Shown here: positions 47,731-57,994 of the stretch, one piece after another
How positions within the stretch are numbered: the first letter of the stretch is position 1
How the letters are laid out: each line of letters opens with the position of its first letter
Source: an uncultured delta proteobacterium
Lineage (GTDB): Bacteria; Desulfobacterota; Binatia; UBA9968
NCBI GenBank assembly: GCA_963847445.1
Contig: CAWJZV010000034.1
Coordinates: 1 to 64,000, forward strand
Reading direction: 5' to 3'
Length of the DNA: 64,000 nt
The notes under the pieces: generated by a model
Databases searched by the model: none
Told to the model about the DNA's origin: nothing
The model's input: only the letters and a program-made list of their open reading frames with translations
Made by a program: the position numbers and the translations under genes

Positions 47731-49179
47731 ATGATTGAGAATCAACATTCTCTCCCAGCCCATCCGAGAGCATGGCTCGCCGTCCAAGCGGCGACGCTGC
47801 TCTTGGTTATCTCCCTATTAGTCCCCCTAGTTTCCGGGGGTAAGGGGATGCTCTTCCTGCTGGCCCTGTTGGGCGGGATTGGCGCCTTATTGGTGGTACG
47901 GAGACCTCACTGGGGAGTACTCCTAATCCAAGCCATAATGTTCGTAGAACTCGACTTTCTATTCGGCGTCAACTACGCATTGACCGCCATTTTACTGATA
48001 CCTTTCGCTTGGGCGATCCTGCGCGATCGTGGAACTTGGCTTCTGGGAGTGCCGCAGATTCAAATTCTGTTAATCATCGGGTTTCTTTTCATCGTCTCCA
48101 CGTTGTGGAGCGAATTTAAGTATCCAGTAACCTTGAATCCTGATAAAGATCAGACGGCAAAGCAGGCGCGAGAGTTTATCACTCATCTCGGTTGGCTGGT
48201 GTTTTTTCTTTACTTTATAAACACCCGGCAAAAGATTGAGCTGACTGCCAAGCTGACCGTGGGGCTGATCGCTGCCGCAGCCATCAGCGGATTGTTTCTC
48301 TTTGTGACAGGCAGCGGGGGTGGCGGGGCTGGCCGTGCCGCAGCCAATTTTAGTATGGCGAAGAATTCGAACCGCCTTGCCTTCCTCTGTGTCTTTGCAA
48401 TCTCTCTCATCTGGTTCTACCGCTCCTATGCGCAGACGCGTAGCTGGAAGATTTTGACTCTACCGCTGCTTTTTGTGCTACCCATTGCGACGCTGGCAAC
48501 CGGCTCACGCGGCGGTCTCTTGCAGATGGCAGCTCTGGCGGCGTCGATCGTCAAGGACCAGAAGGGCTGGTCGGTGGCGAAACGAATGTATTGCATTTTC
48601 TCGATGGGGTTTGTCGGACTCTTGATGGTGGCTCTTGTGCCAGCAGCTTACATCGAGCGAGCCACTACTTTCGACCCTGCGGCGGATGGCGCCGGGCAGG
48701 AATCACTGCAAAATCGTGCTCGGGTGGCCGTCGGCGCACTGAAAATGATTGCCACCGATCCGATCTTTGGCGCCGGTTTCGGCAACTATCCTTGGGTCGC
48801 TCGCGCGTATTTCAACGTCAGCGGGGCCACTCATAATTCTTATCTATGGGCCTTTACCTCAGGCGGAATAGGAGTCTTTGCCTCATATCTGTTCCTGTTC
48901 TATGTGACCTATCGCATGCTGAAACGACTGGAGCGAGCTGGCCCGCGCGAGCTGCTATGGTTGGTCAAGGCGACAAAAGTGAATATACTCCTGTTTCTCA
49001 TCTGTTCCATATCCACAGACTTTTGGCTCAGCGACTTTTTGTATTTAATCGTCGGTCTCACTGTCGCCATGAATCATCTATGGCGGCGCCAGCAGCAGAG
49101 TAGTTCCGATCCGGTTTCAGTTCGCTCGATGGAGTTCAACTCTATCGGTCAGTTAGCCGCCGCTCCCCCTCGGGGATAA
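47731..49179 (+). CDS. O-antigen ligase/Wzy-family polymerase
   Basis: Multiple TM segments, NSNRLA, TGSRGG, PIFGAG.GNY and HNSYL. Confidence 0.85.
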   Translation: MIENQHSLPAHPRAWLAVQAATLLLVISLLVPLVSGGKGMLFLLALLGGIGALLVVRRPHWGVLLIQAIMFVELDFLFGVNYALTAILLIPFAWAILRDRGTWLLGVPQIQILLIIGFLFIVSTLWSEFKYPVTLNPDKDQTAKQAREFITHLGWLVFFLYFINTRQKIELTAKLTVGLIAAAAISGLFLFVTGSGGGGAGRAAANFSMAKNSNRLAFLCVFAISLIWFYRSYAQTRSWKILTLPLLFVLPIATLATGSRGGLLQMAALAASIVKDQKGWSVAKRMYCIFSMGFVGLLMVALVPAAYIERATTFDPAADGAGQESLQNRARVAVGALKMIATDPIFGAGFGNYPWVARAYFNVSGATHNSYLWAFTSGGIGVFASYLFLFYVTYRMLKRLERAGPRELLWLVKATKVNILLFLICSISTDFWLSDFLYLIVGLTVAMNHLWRRQQQSSSDPVSVRSMEFNSIGQLAAAPPRG

Positions 49180-49207
49180 TCTCTCTCTTCTCTCTCTCTT
49201 CTCTGTC
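49180..49207. repeat. (CT)n microsatellite-like tract
   Basis: tctctctcttctctctctcttctctgtc in the intergenic gap. Confidence 0.7.
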
Positions 49208-49224
49208 TTTCAAAAGCTGGAATT

Positions 49225-50136
49225 ATGACAGTGAATGACGCCTCGAGTGTCGCGCAGGCCGCGATGATTTTACCGACCTGGCGCTCCACACATCTCGACT
49301 GTACCAGTCAGGTGTGTAACGCACTGACGATCGATGTCGAGGATTATTACCACGTCGAGGCCTTTCAGGCGGTCATTCGTCGCGAGGATTGGCATCGCTA
49401 CGAGCCGCGGATTTATCGCAACACGGTGAAGATCCTCGAACTGTTAGCGCGGCACGGGATCCAAGCGACTTTCTTTATCCTGGGTTGGGTCGCCGAGCAG
49501 ACGCCCGGCATTGTCAAGGAAATCCAGGCCGCCGGACACGAGATCGGCAGCCACGGCTACGCCCATCAGGTAATTTACCAGCAGACTCCGGACGAATTTG
49601 CCGAGGACCTGCGGCGATCGTTGGCAATAATCGAAGGGATCACCGGCGAGCAAGTATTAGGGTTCCGCGCTCCTTCTTTCTCCATAACCAATCGCTCTCT
49701 GTGGGCGATCGAAATCATGCAATCCTTTGGGCTTGCCTACGATTCGAGTGTATTTCCTATAGTGCACGACATCTACGGTATTCCCGATGCGCCGCGACAT
49801 CCCTATCAGATCGCTGACGGGTTCTGGGAATTTCCCATGACCACGGTTCAGCTCTTTGGGAAGAATATTCCGATCGGCGGCGGCGGGTATTTGCGGATAT
49901 TCCCTTATTGGTTGACGCGTTGGGGAATCGATCGGGCGAACTCCGCGGGCGAGTCGGCCGTCGTCTATCTACACCCCTGGGAATTGGATCCCGGCCATCC
50001 CAGGATCAAGACTTCGCCGCTCAACCATTTCCGTCACTACATAAATCTGGAAAAGACCGAAAGTCGGCTTGACGCATTGTGTAAGGATTTCAAGTTCACG
50101 TCTCTGCGAGGGCTATTAGACCATGTTGCGTGCTGA
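49225..50136 (+). CDS. Polysaccharide deacetylase, PEP-CTERM/XrtA-locus type (DUF3473)
   Basis: NALTIDVEDYYHV.AF, ATFFILGWVAE, GHEIGSHGY, GFRAPSFSI, GGGYLR and YLHPWELDP. Confidence 0.92.
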   Translation: MTVNDASSVAQAAMILPTWRSTHLDCTSQVCNALTIDVEDYYHVEAFQAVIRREDWHRYEPRIYRNTVKILELLARHGIQATFFILGWVAEQTPGIVKEIQAAGHEIGSHGYAHQVIYQQTPDEFAEDLRRSLAIIEGITGEQVLGFRAPSFSITNRSLWAIEIMQSFGLAYDSSVFPIVHDIYGIPDAPRHPYQIADGFWEFPMTTVQLFGKNIPIGGGGYLRIFPYWLTRWGIDRANSAGESAVVYLHPWELDPGHPRIKTSPLNHFRHYINLEKTESRLDALCKDFKFTSLRGLLDHVAC

Positions 50137-50782
50137 CCTCCACCTCCACACTCGATATTCCTACGACGCCTCGTCCTCCCTCCGCGCCATCGTGGACAAG
50201 TGCCAGAAGTCGGGGATCACCTGCGTTGCCATCACCGACCACAACGAGATCGAAGGGGCGCTCGCCCTCCAGGCTATTGCCCCCTTCAAAGTTATCATCG
50301 GAGAGGAGGTCCGGACGATTCAGGGCGACGTCATAGGTCTCTACCTGCGCTCGAGGATACCTCCCGGCCTTTCTCCCGCCGAGACCATCGCTGAAATTCG
50401 TTCACAGGGTGGAATTGTGTACCTCCCCCATCCATTCGCCGACGACCGAAGTGAAAACTTCTCCAGGTCCTATGTCGAAGAGATCCTGCCGCAGGTGGAT
50501 GTCCTCGAGGTCTTTAATGGCAGAACCCTTAACCCTCGAGCCAACGCTTTGGCATTGGAGGCCGCCCGTGGTGGAGGACTCATCCAAGGCGCCGGAAGCG
50601 ATGCGCATACTCCATTTGAGATCGGCAGGACCTATGTGGAGATGGCCGAGTTTAACACTGCGAATGAGTTTCTCGATAGTCTGCGAGGGGCACGGCTGCG
50701 CGCCCAGCGCACGCCTTATCTGCTCCGGGTGACCATGAACCGCTTCGCGCGCAAGGCGTTACGGTGGACTCAGCACGACTGA
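50123..50782 (+). CDS. PHP-domain metal-dependent phosphoesterase
   Basis: DLHLHT.YS.D, AITDHN, GEEV, PHPF, EVFN and GSDAH. Confidence 0.92.
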   Translation: MLRADLHLHTRYSYDASSSLRAIVDKCQKSGITCVAITDHNEIEGALALQAIAPFKVIIGEEVRTIQGDVIGLYLRSRIPPGLSPAETIAEIRSQGGIVYLPHPFADDRSENFSRSYVEEILPQVDVLEVFNGRTLNPRANALALEAARGGGLIQGAGSDAHTPFEIGRTYVEMAEFNTANEFLDSLRGARLRAQRTPYLLRVTMNRFARKALRWTQHD

Positions 50783-50803
50783 ATCTTGAGGTTTCGAGAC
50801 TAA

Positions 50804-51976
50804 ATGGCGCATGTTTTTGTTACCGACGCTCAACGGAGAAAATCGCTCGCGGTTGTCAGGTCCCTGGGCCGCCACGGCATTCGCGTGACGGTGGGCGAGG
50901 AGACGAGCAACGGCGTCGCCTCTTACTCGCGGTACTGTGACCAAGCCGTCGTCTATCCATCGCCGACGCGCACGCCGGAGCTCTTCATCGAGTGGCTCAT
51001 CGATCACGTGCGCCGGCACCGATACACAGCGGTGATCCCCACCAATGAGCAAACCCTTACACCGATCGCCCAACATCTCGAGGAATTATCCAAGTACACT
51101 GTCGTTCCGATCGCGGACTTTCAAACGTACATGACGGTTCGGGACAAAGCCCAAACTATGCGAATCGCCGCCGAGCACGGCATCCCATGCCCGCGAACGT
51201 ACACGGTGGACGACACCGATTCCCTCGACGCGCTGGAGAAGAATTTAGATTTCCCAGTGGTGATCAAACCCCGCGAGGGATCCGGGTCGAGTGGCGTCAC
51301 CTATGTCAAGCGAAGAGCAGACTTCAAGGCGAGCTATCTCAGAATCGACCGGCAATATCCCAAACCGTTGATTCAAGAGTATATCCCGCCGGGTGGCGCA
51401 GCCTGTGGGGTCTCAGCTCTCTTCGACCGGCACTCCGAGCCGGTGGCAGTTTTTGTTCATAAACGTCTCCGGGAATATCCGGTGTCGGGGGGGCCCAGCA
51501 CTTTGCGCGAAAGCGTGTGCGATCCTCAGCTTGCCGCTTTGGGCGTACGGCTGCTGAAGGCCCTCAAGTGGTACGGCGTCGCCATGGTGGAGTTCAAAAC
51601 CGATCCCAGGGACCAACAACCTAAGCTCATGGAAGTAAACGGGAAATTCTGGGGATCTCTTGAGCTGGCGATCCACGCGGGAGTGGATTTCCCGTATCTG
51701 TTATACCAACTCGCCGTCGAAGGCGTGGTCGAGCCCGTGCGCGATTATCGAGTCGGAGTCCGATGCCGCTGGCTTCCCGGGGATTTTCTGCACTTCTTGT
51801 TCGCCCCCAATCGACTACAGCTCATTCCCGAGTTTTTTAACTTTTTTGACGAGAGAACCTATTACGACGTCGTCGCTAAGGATGATATCAGGCCGATGCT
51901 CGGTCTGCTGCGTTTTTCTCTTGCGCGGTCATTCGATCCGAGCATGTGGAAATATATCCTTTATAGACAGCAGTAG
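50804..51976 (+). CDS. ATP-grasp carboxylate-amine ligase
   Basis: LAVVRSLGR.G, DK, FPVVIKPR, IQEYIP, R.YP..GGPS, MVEFK and MEVNGKFWGS. Confidence 0.9.
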   Translation: MAHVFVTDAQRRKSLAVVRSLGRHGIRVTVGEETSNGVASYSRYCDQAVVYPSPTRTPELFIEWLIDHVRRHRYTAVIPTNEQTLTPIAQHLEELSKYTVVPIADFQTYMTVRDKAQTMRIAAEHGIPCPRTYTVDDTDSLDALEKNLDFPVVIKPREGSGSSGVTYVKRRADFKASYLRIDRQYPKPLIQEYIPPGGAACGVSALFDRHSEPVAVFVHKRLREYPVSGGPSTLRESVCDPQLAALGVRLLKALKWYGVAMVEFKTDPRDQQPKLMEVNGKFWGSLELAIHAGVDFPYLLYQLAVEGVVEPVRDYRVGVRCRWLPGDFLHFLFAPNRLQLIPEFFNFFDERTYYDVVAKDDIRPMLGLLRFSLARSFDPSMWKYILYRQQ

Positions 51977-51979
51977 GAG

Positions 51980-53227
51980 ATGTTCATGCGCAATATCCTG
52001 TTCATTTTGGTCGATTGTCTCAGAGCCGATGCCGTAAGCGGCAAAGATCGCGGCACCGTGACACCAGCTATAGATAAGCTCATGACCCGTGGGACGTACT
52101 TCAACCAGGCGATCTCAACAGCAGGGACTACGACAACCTGCGTGGCTAGCATGCTGACCGGGAATTACCCTTTCGCCCACGGCATCCGCACTCTGAGCGG
52201 GTATAAATTGAACAGCGAGTGCGTGACCCTTCCCCAGGTGCTGAAGCACCATGGCTACCACACGTACGCGATGGTGAGCGGTCCGTTATCGCCTATCACC
52301 GGCCTGGACCGCGGCTTCGATGAGTACGAGTACCGCACGGACGGTGTCTACCTCTCCGACGACTGGGGTGAAGATCTGAGGAGGCGGTTTCAACAAAAAC
52401 AGCTTCGACAGCCGTGGTTCGCCTTTCTCCACCTATGGGAAGTACATAAACCCAGAAAAGTGCTGCCACAGTTCGACTCCAAGCAATTTGGCGCCGACAA
52501 ATACGAGCGCGCAGTTTCCAGCCTTGATCCGGAGCTGGAAAAACTGATCAACCTACTGGGTGACGACACGATCATTATTCTCCACGGAGACCATGGCGAG
52601 AACCGGGAAGTCGCCCGACGGAATCTCCTCGCCCGGTTTTACCGCTTGAAGAGACGATTCTCCTATCCCGTCGACCCGAGATATTACAAAGTCGGCCATG
52701 GATTTCATGTTTACGATTTTATCGTTCGGGTTCCGTTGCTGTTCTACGGCCCGGGGGTTTTCCCCAGCGGGAAAACCATAACCGATCAGGTCCGCCAGAT
52801 CGATTTCTTTCCCACGTTGGTTGAAGCGCTAGGCCTGCCGATGCCACTACCCGTACACGGCCGTAGCCTGGTGCCTCTGATAAAAGGCGAGCCATTGCCG
52901 GAGGTGCCCGCGCACGTAGCGGCGGTGGGTGGTCCGCTTCAGGGCTCAAAGAATTGGCGTGTAGGTATACGGACGCGCGAGTGGAAGTATGTATTCGCGC
53001 CTCAGAATCCGACTATTCCGGAAGAGGTTTACCACCTTCGAACCGACCCCCAGGAGTGGCGGAATCTGTCCAAGACTCAGCGGCCAAAGGCAGAGGAGTT
53101 AAAACGAGAGCTGCTCGACATCATTTCCGGAACTTACTATATGACCGGCGCTACGGCCGGCGAGGAGATGTCGGCGCAAGAAAAGAAGACCATGGAAGAG
53201 CGCTTGAAGCAGCTCGGCTATCTTTAG
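51980..53227 (+). CDS. Sulfatase-like (alkaline phosphatase superfamily) hydrolase/transferase
   Basis: NILFILVDCLRAD, TP..D, ASMLTG.YP..HG, HLW.VH.P, GDHGE and RLKQLGY; no CxPxR motif. Confidence 0.85.
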   Translation: MFMRNILFILVDCLRADAVSGKDRGTVTPAIDKLMTRGTYFNQAISTAGTTTTCVASMLTGNYPFAHGIRTLSGYKLNSECVTLPQVLKHHGYHTYAMVSGPLSPITGLDRGFDEYEYRTDGVYLSDDWGEDLRRRFQQKQLRQPWFAFLHLWEVHKPRKVLPQFDSKQFGADKYERAVSSLDPELEKLINLLGDDTIIILHGDHGENREVARRNLLARFYRLKRRFSYPVDPRYYKVGHGFHVYDFIVRVPLLFYGPGVFPSGKTITDQVRQIDFFPTLVEALGLPMPLPVHGRSLVPLIKGEPLPEVPAHVAAVGGPLQGSKNWRVGIRTREWKYVFAPQNPTIPEEVYHLRTDPQEWRNLSKTQRPKAEELKRELLDIISGTYYMTGATAGEEMSAQEKKTMEERLKQLGYL

Positions 53228-53230
53228 ACC

Positions 53231-55591
53231 ATGACGCAATTCACATTGCCATCTTTTAGTACGTCGGATTCCGCCCTTTCGGCGGCCGGTACGGCGAGCG
53301 AATCGCTGGGCGTCGCCATGCTCATGCGCAAATTCTATCCGCTCACTGGCGGATATCAGAACCAAGCATTACGGCTCGCGACGGAACTGAGGAAGAATGG
53401 CTTCACAGTTCATGTGGTCACCCAGCGTCATGGGACGCTTCCGCCCTATGAAGTTCATCAGGGCATTCCCATTCATCGGGTTTTTGCGTTTCCGTCAGGC
53501 CATTTGGCCGCCTGGTCTTATCTGGTTTCAGCGTTCTTGTGGATGCTGCAGAACCGATCGCGCTTTCAAATCATCCATGCGAACCGCTCATCTTCCGGCC
53601 TGGTGGCCGGTATGATCGGGTTCGTGCTTCGGAAACCTGTTCTATACAAATTGACTCGCGGAGACGAGATCGATGTGAAGGGTTTCCGGACTACTTTGCT
53701 AGGCCGATTCAAAGTGCAGTGCTTGAAACATACCGTTGGTAAGTTCGTTGCAATAACCAAGGGGATTGAGGAAGACCTTCGACGGCTGGGTATTCCGGCA
53801 AAGAAACTTGCCAGGATCCCCAACGGAATCGAAATTAAAGATTTTTCAAAATGCTATGACCGCGAGAAAGTCAAGTCAGAATTGGGTTGGGGACCGGAAA
53901 CTAAAGTGGCGACTTTTGTCGGAAGACTCATCGCGGTGAAAGGCGTCGACTGGCTGCTTCGAATTTGGCGGGATGTGATTCAGCAGGAAACCCTGGGGCG
54001 TCTCTTGATCATCGGAGATGGGCCGGAGCGATCCGCCCTGGAAGATCAAATTCGCTCTTCCGGCCTTACAGACTCTGTAGCATTGGTGGGGAGGCAAGAA
54101 GATGTTTTTAAATTCTTAGCCATCACCGATGTCTTTGTGCTTCCGTCACGGTTGGAAGGCGTTTCAAATGCCCTTTTAGAAGCAATGTCTCAGGGATTGC
54201 CGGTAATCGTCGCGGACGACGAGCTGGGTGGGAATCGGGAAGTGGTCGATGATTGCATTGACGGCCACATCGTGAAGATCGGTGATGACAGGTCCTTTGG
54301 CGAAATTCTGGTTAGACTTCTTCGAGATGCAGAACTGCGAAACGACATGGGACGAAAGGCAAAGCAAAAAATCGAGCAAAGATTTTCCATGGATAGCGTC
54401 GTCAATGGGTATTGCCGTATCTATAGTGAATTATCCACGCTCCACGCCCGACCCATGGCTGGCCAAAAACCATCCGTAGGAATTTTTTTGGCCAGGCCGG
54501 ATCGTAGCTTTCACATGGCCAGGAAACTCCGTGAGAAGGGTTTCGATATCATTCATTACAACAGGGTTGGATATAAAGATGATTCTTATGTCAAAGTGCG
54601 CGGCGGGCCGCTAGCGGCATTAGCGTATCTTTTGCTCCGGACAAAGAACGACATATACTTTACTTCTCTAGGTTTCGTACCTTCCACTTGGTTGTATCTG
54701 AACAAGTGCTTGCGCGGAAAACCCTACGTCTTCAATGCTACCGGCCTGAGGTGGGAGACGTTCGACGACAGGTCGTCTCGAAGGCCTTTCTCAAGCTTTT
54801 TTTCGCACCGGTTCTATCCTTATTTATTGGACTGTACTTTCGCCGGAGCGAGCAGGATCGTCTGTAACAGCCACTTCCTCGAACGGATGATCAGCATCCA
54901 CTATCCAAAATATAAAGAGCGATTGCTGACGATTTACAACGGTATTGAGTTTGACCGGTACTCATCGGGGCGGCGTCAAGCCCTTCCCCGCGTTAATCAT
55001 GGAGACTTGACTCTTCTCTGCGTGACGGCGCTTAATTTCAAGAATAAATCGAAGGGGCTGCAAATCGTTATGGACGCCTTCGATCATGTCAGAGCTAAAA
55101 GAACAGACGTCAAACTGGTTATCTCCGCCAAGACCTCCAACCCTCTCTATCAAAAGGACGCGGAAAGTTATTTGCGGTCGAAGCCGTGGAGGGAGTCGGT
55201 CACGCTGATGTATAACCATAGCGATATCCCAGACCTGTTGGCGAGCGGCGATATTTTTGTATACGCCACCCCCAACAACTCCAACGACAGCCTTCCCAGA
55301 GCATTGTTGGAAGCTCAATCGGCGGGTCTGCCGGTCGTTACAACCGACACCAGCGGGTGCCCGGAGATTGTTCGTGACGGAAGAACCGGCTTCGTTGTCC
55401 CGTATGAAGCCGCCGCGATGGCGGAAAAAGTTTTGCTGCTGATGGACAATCCGCAGTTACGGCTTGATATGGGTAGAGCGGCCCAGGAATGGATCCGACG
55501 GCGTTTCAATTGGGATCAGATGGCTTCCGGCTATGCCAAGGTTTTTCTCGAGGTCGCCGCCGGTGAACAGCCTGCAAATGGAAATCAATAA
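53231..55591 (+). CDS. Tandem (double) GT4-family glycosyltransferase
   Basis: Two GT-B modules, DVFVLPSRLEGVSNALLEAM and DIFVY....DSLPRALLEAQ..GLPVV, in one uninterrupted ORF. Confidence 0.88.
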   Translation: MTQFTLPSFSTSDSALSAAGTASESLGVAMLMRKFYPLTGGYQNQALRLATELRKNGFTVHVVTQRHGTLPPYEVHQGIPIHRVFAFPSGHLAAWSYLVSAFLWMLQNRSRFQIIHANRSSSGLVAGMIGFVLRKPVLYKLTRGDEIDVKGFRTTLLGRFKVQCLKHTVGKFVAITKGIEEDLRRLGIPAKKLARIPNGIEIKDFSKCYDREKVKSELGWGPETKVATFVGRLIAVKGVDWLLRIWRDVIQQETLGRLLIIGDGPERSALEDQIRSSGLTDSVALVGRQEDVFKFLAITDVFVLPSRLEGVSNALLEAMSQGLPVIVADDELGGNREVVDDCIDGHIVKIGDDRSFGEILVRLLRDAELRNDMGRKAKQKIEQRFSMDSVVNGYCRIYSELSTLHARPMAGQKPSVGIFLARPDRSFHMARKLREKGFDIIHYNRVGYKDDSYVKVRGGPLAALAYLLLRTKNDIYFTSLGFVPSTWLYLNKCLRGKPYVFNATGLRWETFDDRSSRRPFSSFFSHRFYPYLLDCTFAGASRIVCNSHFLERMISIHYPKYKERLLTIYNGIEFDRYSSGRRQALPRVNHGDLTLLCVTALNFKNKSKGLQIVMDAFDHVRAKRTDVKLVISAKTSNPLYQKDAESYLRSKPWRESVTLMYNHSDIPDLLASGDIFVYATPNNSNDSLPRALLEAQSAGLPVVTTDTSGCPEIVRDGRTGFVVPYEAAAMAEKVLLLMDNPQLRLDMGRAAQEWIRRRFNWDQMASGYAKVFLEVAAGEQPANGNQ

Positions 55592-55603
55592 GAAAGAGCA
55601 TAT

Positions 55604-56998
55604 ATGATACGGCGCCCTAACATCTTGCTTATCGTCTTGGATGCCACACGTTTTGATTACCTGTCCGCTTACGGGTCTTCCAATACGACCCCGAACCTCA
55701 ACCGCTTGGCGCAAGACGGGGTCCTGTTTGAAAGAGCATTTGCCTCTGCGCCCTGGACCCCGCCATCCCACGCGTCTCTGTTCACGGGCAACTACCCGTC
55801 GCGGCACGGTGTCGACGTGAACGAAAACCTTTACTTGAGCAAGGAAAATCGAACCGTAGCAGAAATTTTGTCCGAGAATGGATACCGGACTTTCGGGGTC
55901 CTGCCCGATGCTCACCTGAGCAGTGATCGAGGGTTCCATAAGGGATTCCAGGATTATATCGAGCTATGGCGGATTCCCTACCTTTATCCGGAATACGACT
56001 GGAATGAGTGCTTGTTGCGCAACCTCCTGTTCGGGCGTGATAAGCGGACATACTATACCAATCGGCTGATTCAGCGCTGGTTAAGAGCGAACTGGCGAGG
56101 CACTGACCCCTTTTTCATCTTCTTGAATTACAAAACGGCTCACAACCAGTATCAGCCCCCGCGCGCGTTCAGGCGCCGGTTTGAGAGTAAACCGGGAGCG
56201 GGCGTGGACATGCGCAAGGTGAAGTTCTATTCCCGCGAGGGCGGCTATCCGTACATGGCCCGGCGTTTCGAGATGTCAGAAGAGGAATTGGCCATCCTGA
56301 AGTCGTGGTATGCGGGCGCCATCGCTTACATGGACTTTCGGCTCGGGGAACTGATTCAGTCTCTTAAAGATGCCAGGGCGTATGAGGATACGCTGATCAT
56401 CGTTACGGCTGATCACGGCGAAAATTTTGGCGAGCACCATCTCGCCTATCACATGTTCTGTCTCTACGAGAGTCTGATCCACGTCCCCTTGATTATGAGC
56501 TGGCCGGCAGGCCTGCCGCACGGACGGCGCGTCCCGGGATTGGTATCCCTCACCGATGTGGTGCCGACTCTTGTAGAGCTGTTGCAGCTCGAAGGGGCAG
56601 GGGACGATCTCCAGGGAACCAGCTTGGTTACCTTTGATAGCCGGCAGTACCACGACCATGTGTTCGCTGAATTTGGCCGTCCCCACTATATGCTGAAGCG
56701 GCTGCAATCCCGGTTTCCGGGCGACGATTTCTCGCTGTTCGACAAAGGGCTTCGCTGCATCCGAACGGAGCAGTTCAAGTTGATCGTTGGTTCAGACGGG
56801 AGTGAGGAGTTTTACGATTTAGCGACCGATCCCGAGGAGATCTGCAATCTCTCCAGCAAGCAGCCAAACGTTGCCGCAGAGCTCCGCGCTACCCTCGCCA
56901 ACTGGAGCGGCTCGACGAAAAACTCTAGCCCAGTTGCCAAAGAACCAGAAGAAAATGAATCCGTAAGACGGTCCCTGGAGAAACTGGGATATTTCTAA
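55604..56998 (+). CDS. Sulfatase-like hydrolase/transferase
   Basis: PNILLIVLDATR.D, APWTPPSHASLFTG.YP..HG, TADHGE and LEKLGY. Confidence 0.88.
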   Translation: MIRRPNILLIVLDATRFDYLSAYGSSNTTPNLNRLAQDGVLFERAFASAPWTPPSHASLFTGNYPSRHGVDVNENLYLSKENRTVAEILSENGYRTFGVLPDAHLSSDRGFHKGFQDYIELWRIPYLYPEYDWNECLLRNLLFGRDKRTYYTNRLIQRWLRANWRGTDPFFIFLNYKTAHNQYQPPRAFRRRFESKPGAGVDMRKVKFYSREGGYPYMARRFEMSEEELAILKSWYAGAIAYMDFRLGELIQSLKDARAYEDTLIIVTADHGENFGEHHLAYHMFCLYESLIHVPLIMSWPAGLPHGRRVPGLVSLTDVVPTLVELLQLEGAGDDLQGTSLVTFDSRQYHDHVFAEFGRPHYMLKRLQSRFPGDDFSLFDKGLRCIRTEQFKLIVGSDGSEEFYDLATDPEEICNLSSKQPNVAAELRATLANWSGSTKNSSPVAKEPEENESVRRSLEKLGYF

Positions 56999-57076
56999 CA
57001 GTGCTCGATGATTGCCGGCGCTTTACTCGCCTGTCGTCCAACCCAGTCAAAATTTTTTAGAGAAGGTAGTGAAACC

Positions 57077-57994
57077 ATGGAATGGTTGAATCTTATCCGG
57101 TGCCCGACATGTTCCGGGCCCATTCGCGACGATGGCGAAGGAATGTTCCGCTGCAGTGGCTGCAATGTCAGCTTTCCGGCTGCGGGGCACGTGCCTGACT
57201 TTCTCGCTAAAGAAGGCGACACGGCCGCCCCGGGGATTGAGCTTGATTATGACTATCACCTGCGCCGCCGTCACGGCTCCCTGCGCGGTTTATACAACCG
57301 GTTCTGCCGGTCGCTGGAACTTCAATTGATCAAGCGTGAAGCTGATCGGCTCGGTAGATCGATCGATATGCTTGATGTGGGCTGTGGGAATCCGACTCGC
57401 TCCAATACCACCTATCATGCACAACTCTTCCCGCTCGCTAGGTTGTACCTTGGGGTAGAACCCTCTCTGCCGCTTGCGTGCCGCGTCCAGCCTCTTCCAT
57501 CGGTCGGGCTGGTTCGAGCCAGCGGAGAGCTCCGCGTGTTGAAAGATCGAGTTGTCGACATGGCAATGTCATTCAGGGCACTTGATCGATGCGCGGATCC
57601 GGACCGCACACTGGCCAACATGGCAGCAGCTATACGGCCTGGAGGCCACATCCTGATCAGCCTGGTCAATAAAAATATCTGGTATGGAGCGCTGTCCAAT
57701 CGCTTGCGCGGGATATTGGCCCAACGCTTGTCACCCGAAGAGACGAGGCGCGGCGCGGAAATGTCGCCAAGCGATTTGCGCCGCCGCCTCGAATCTGTTG
57801 GCTTTCAGGATGTCGAACTCTATGACTTGCTCTACTTTTCAGGCCCGCTGAAAAGCAAGGCTTTTAACCGACTGTTGGACTTGTTCGGAGAACGGCGTTG
57901 TGCCGCCGCTCTCCGCCAGGTCGACCAACTTGGCCGGCGCATCGCCCCCGGCCGGGGTGGCATGTTTGTCGCCGTGGCACGCAAGCCGCAATAG
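57077..57994 (+). CDS. SAM-dependent methyltransferase with an N-terminal Zn ribbon (Trm112-like)
   Basis: IRCPTC.G.......FRCSGC..SFP....VPDF, LDVGCG and RPGG. Confidence 0.8.
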   Translation: MEWLNLIRCPTCSGPIRDDGEGMFRCSGCNVSFPAAGHVPDFLAKEGDTAAPGIELDYDYHLRRRHGSLRGLYNRFCRSLELQLIKREADRLGRSIDMLDVGCGNPTRSNTTYHAQLFPLARLYLGVEPSLPLACRVQPLPSVGLVRASGELRVLKDRVVDMAMSFRALDRCADPDRTLANMAAAIRPGGHILISLVNKNIWYGALSNRLRGILAQRLSPEETRRGAEMSPSDLRRRLESVGFQDVELYDLLYFSGPLKSKAFNRLLDLFGERRCAAALRQVDQLGRRIAPGRGGMFVAVARKPQ

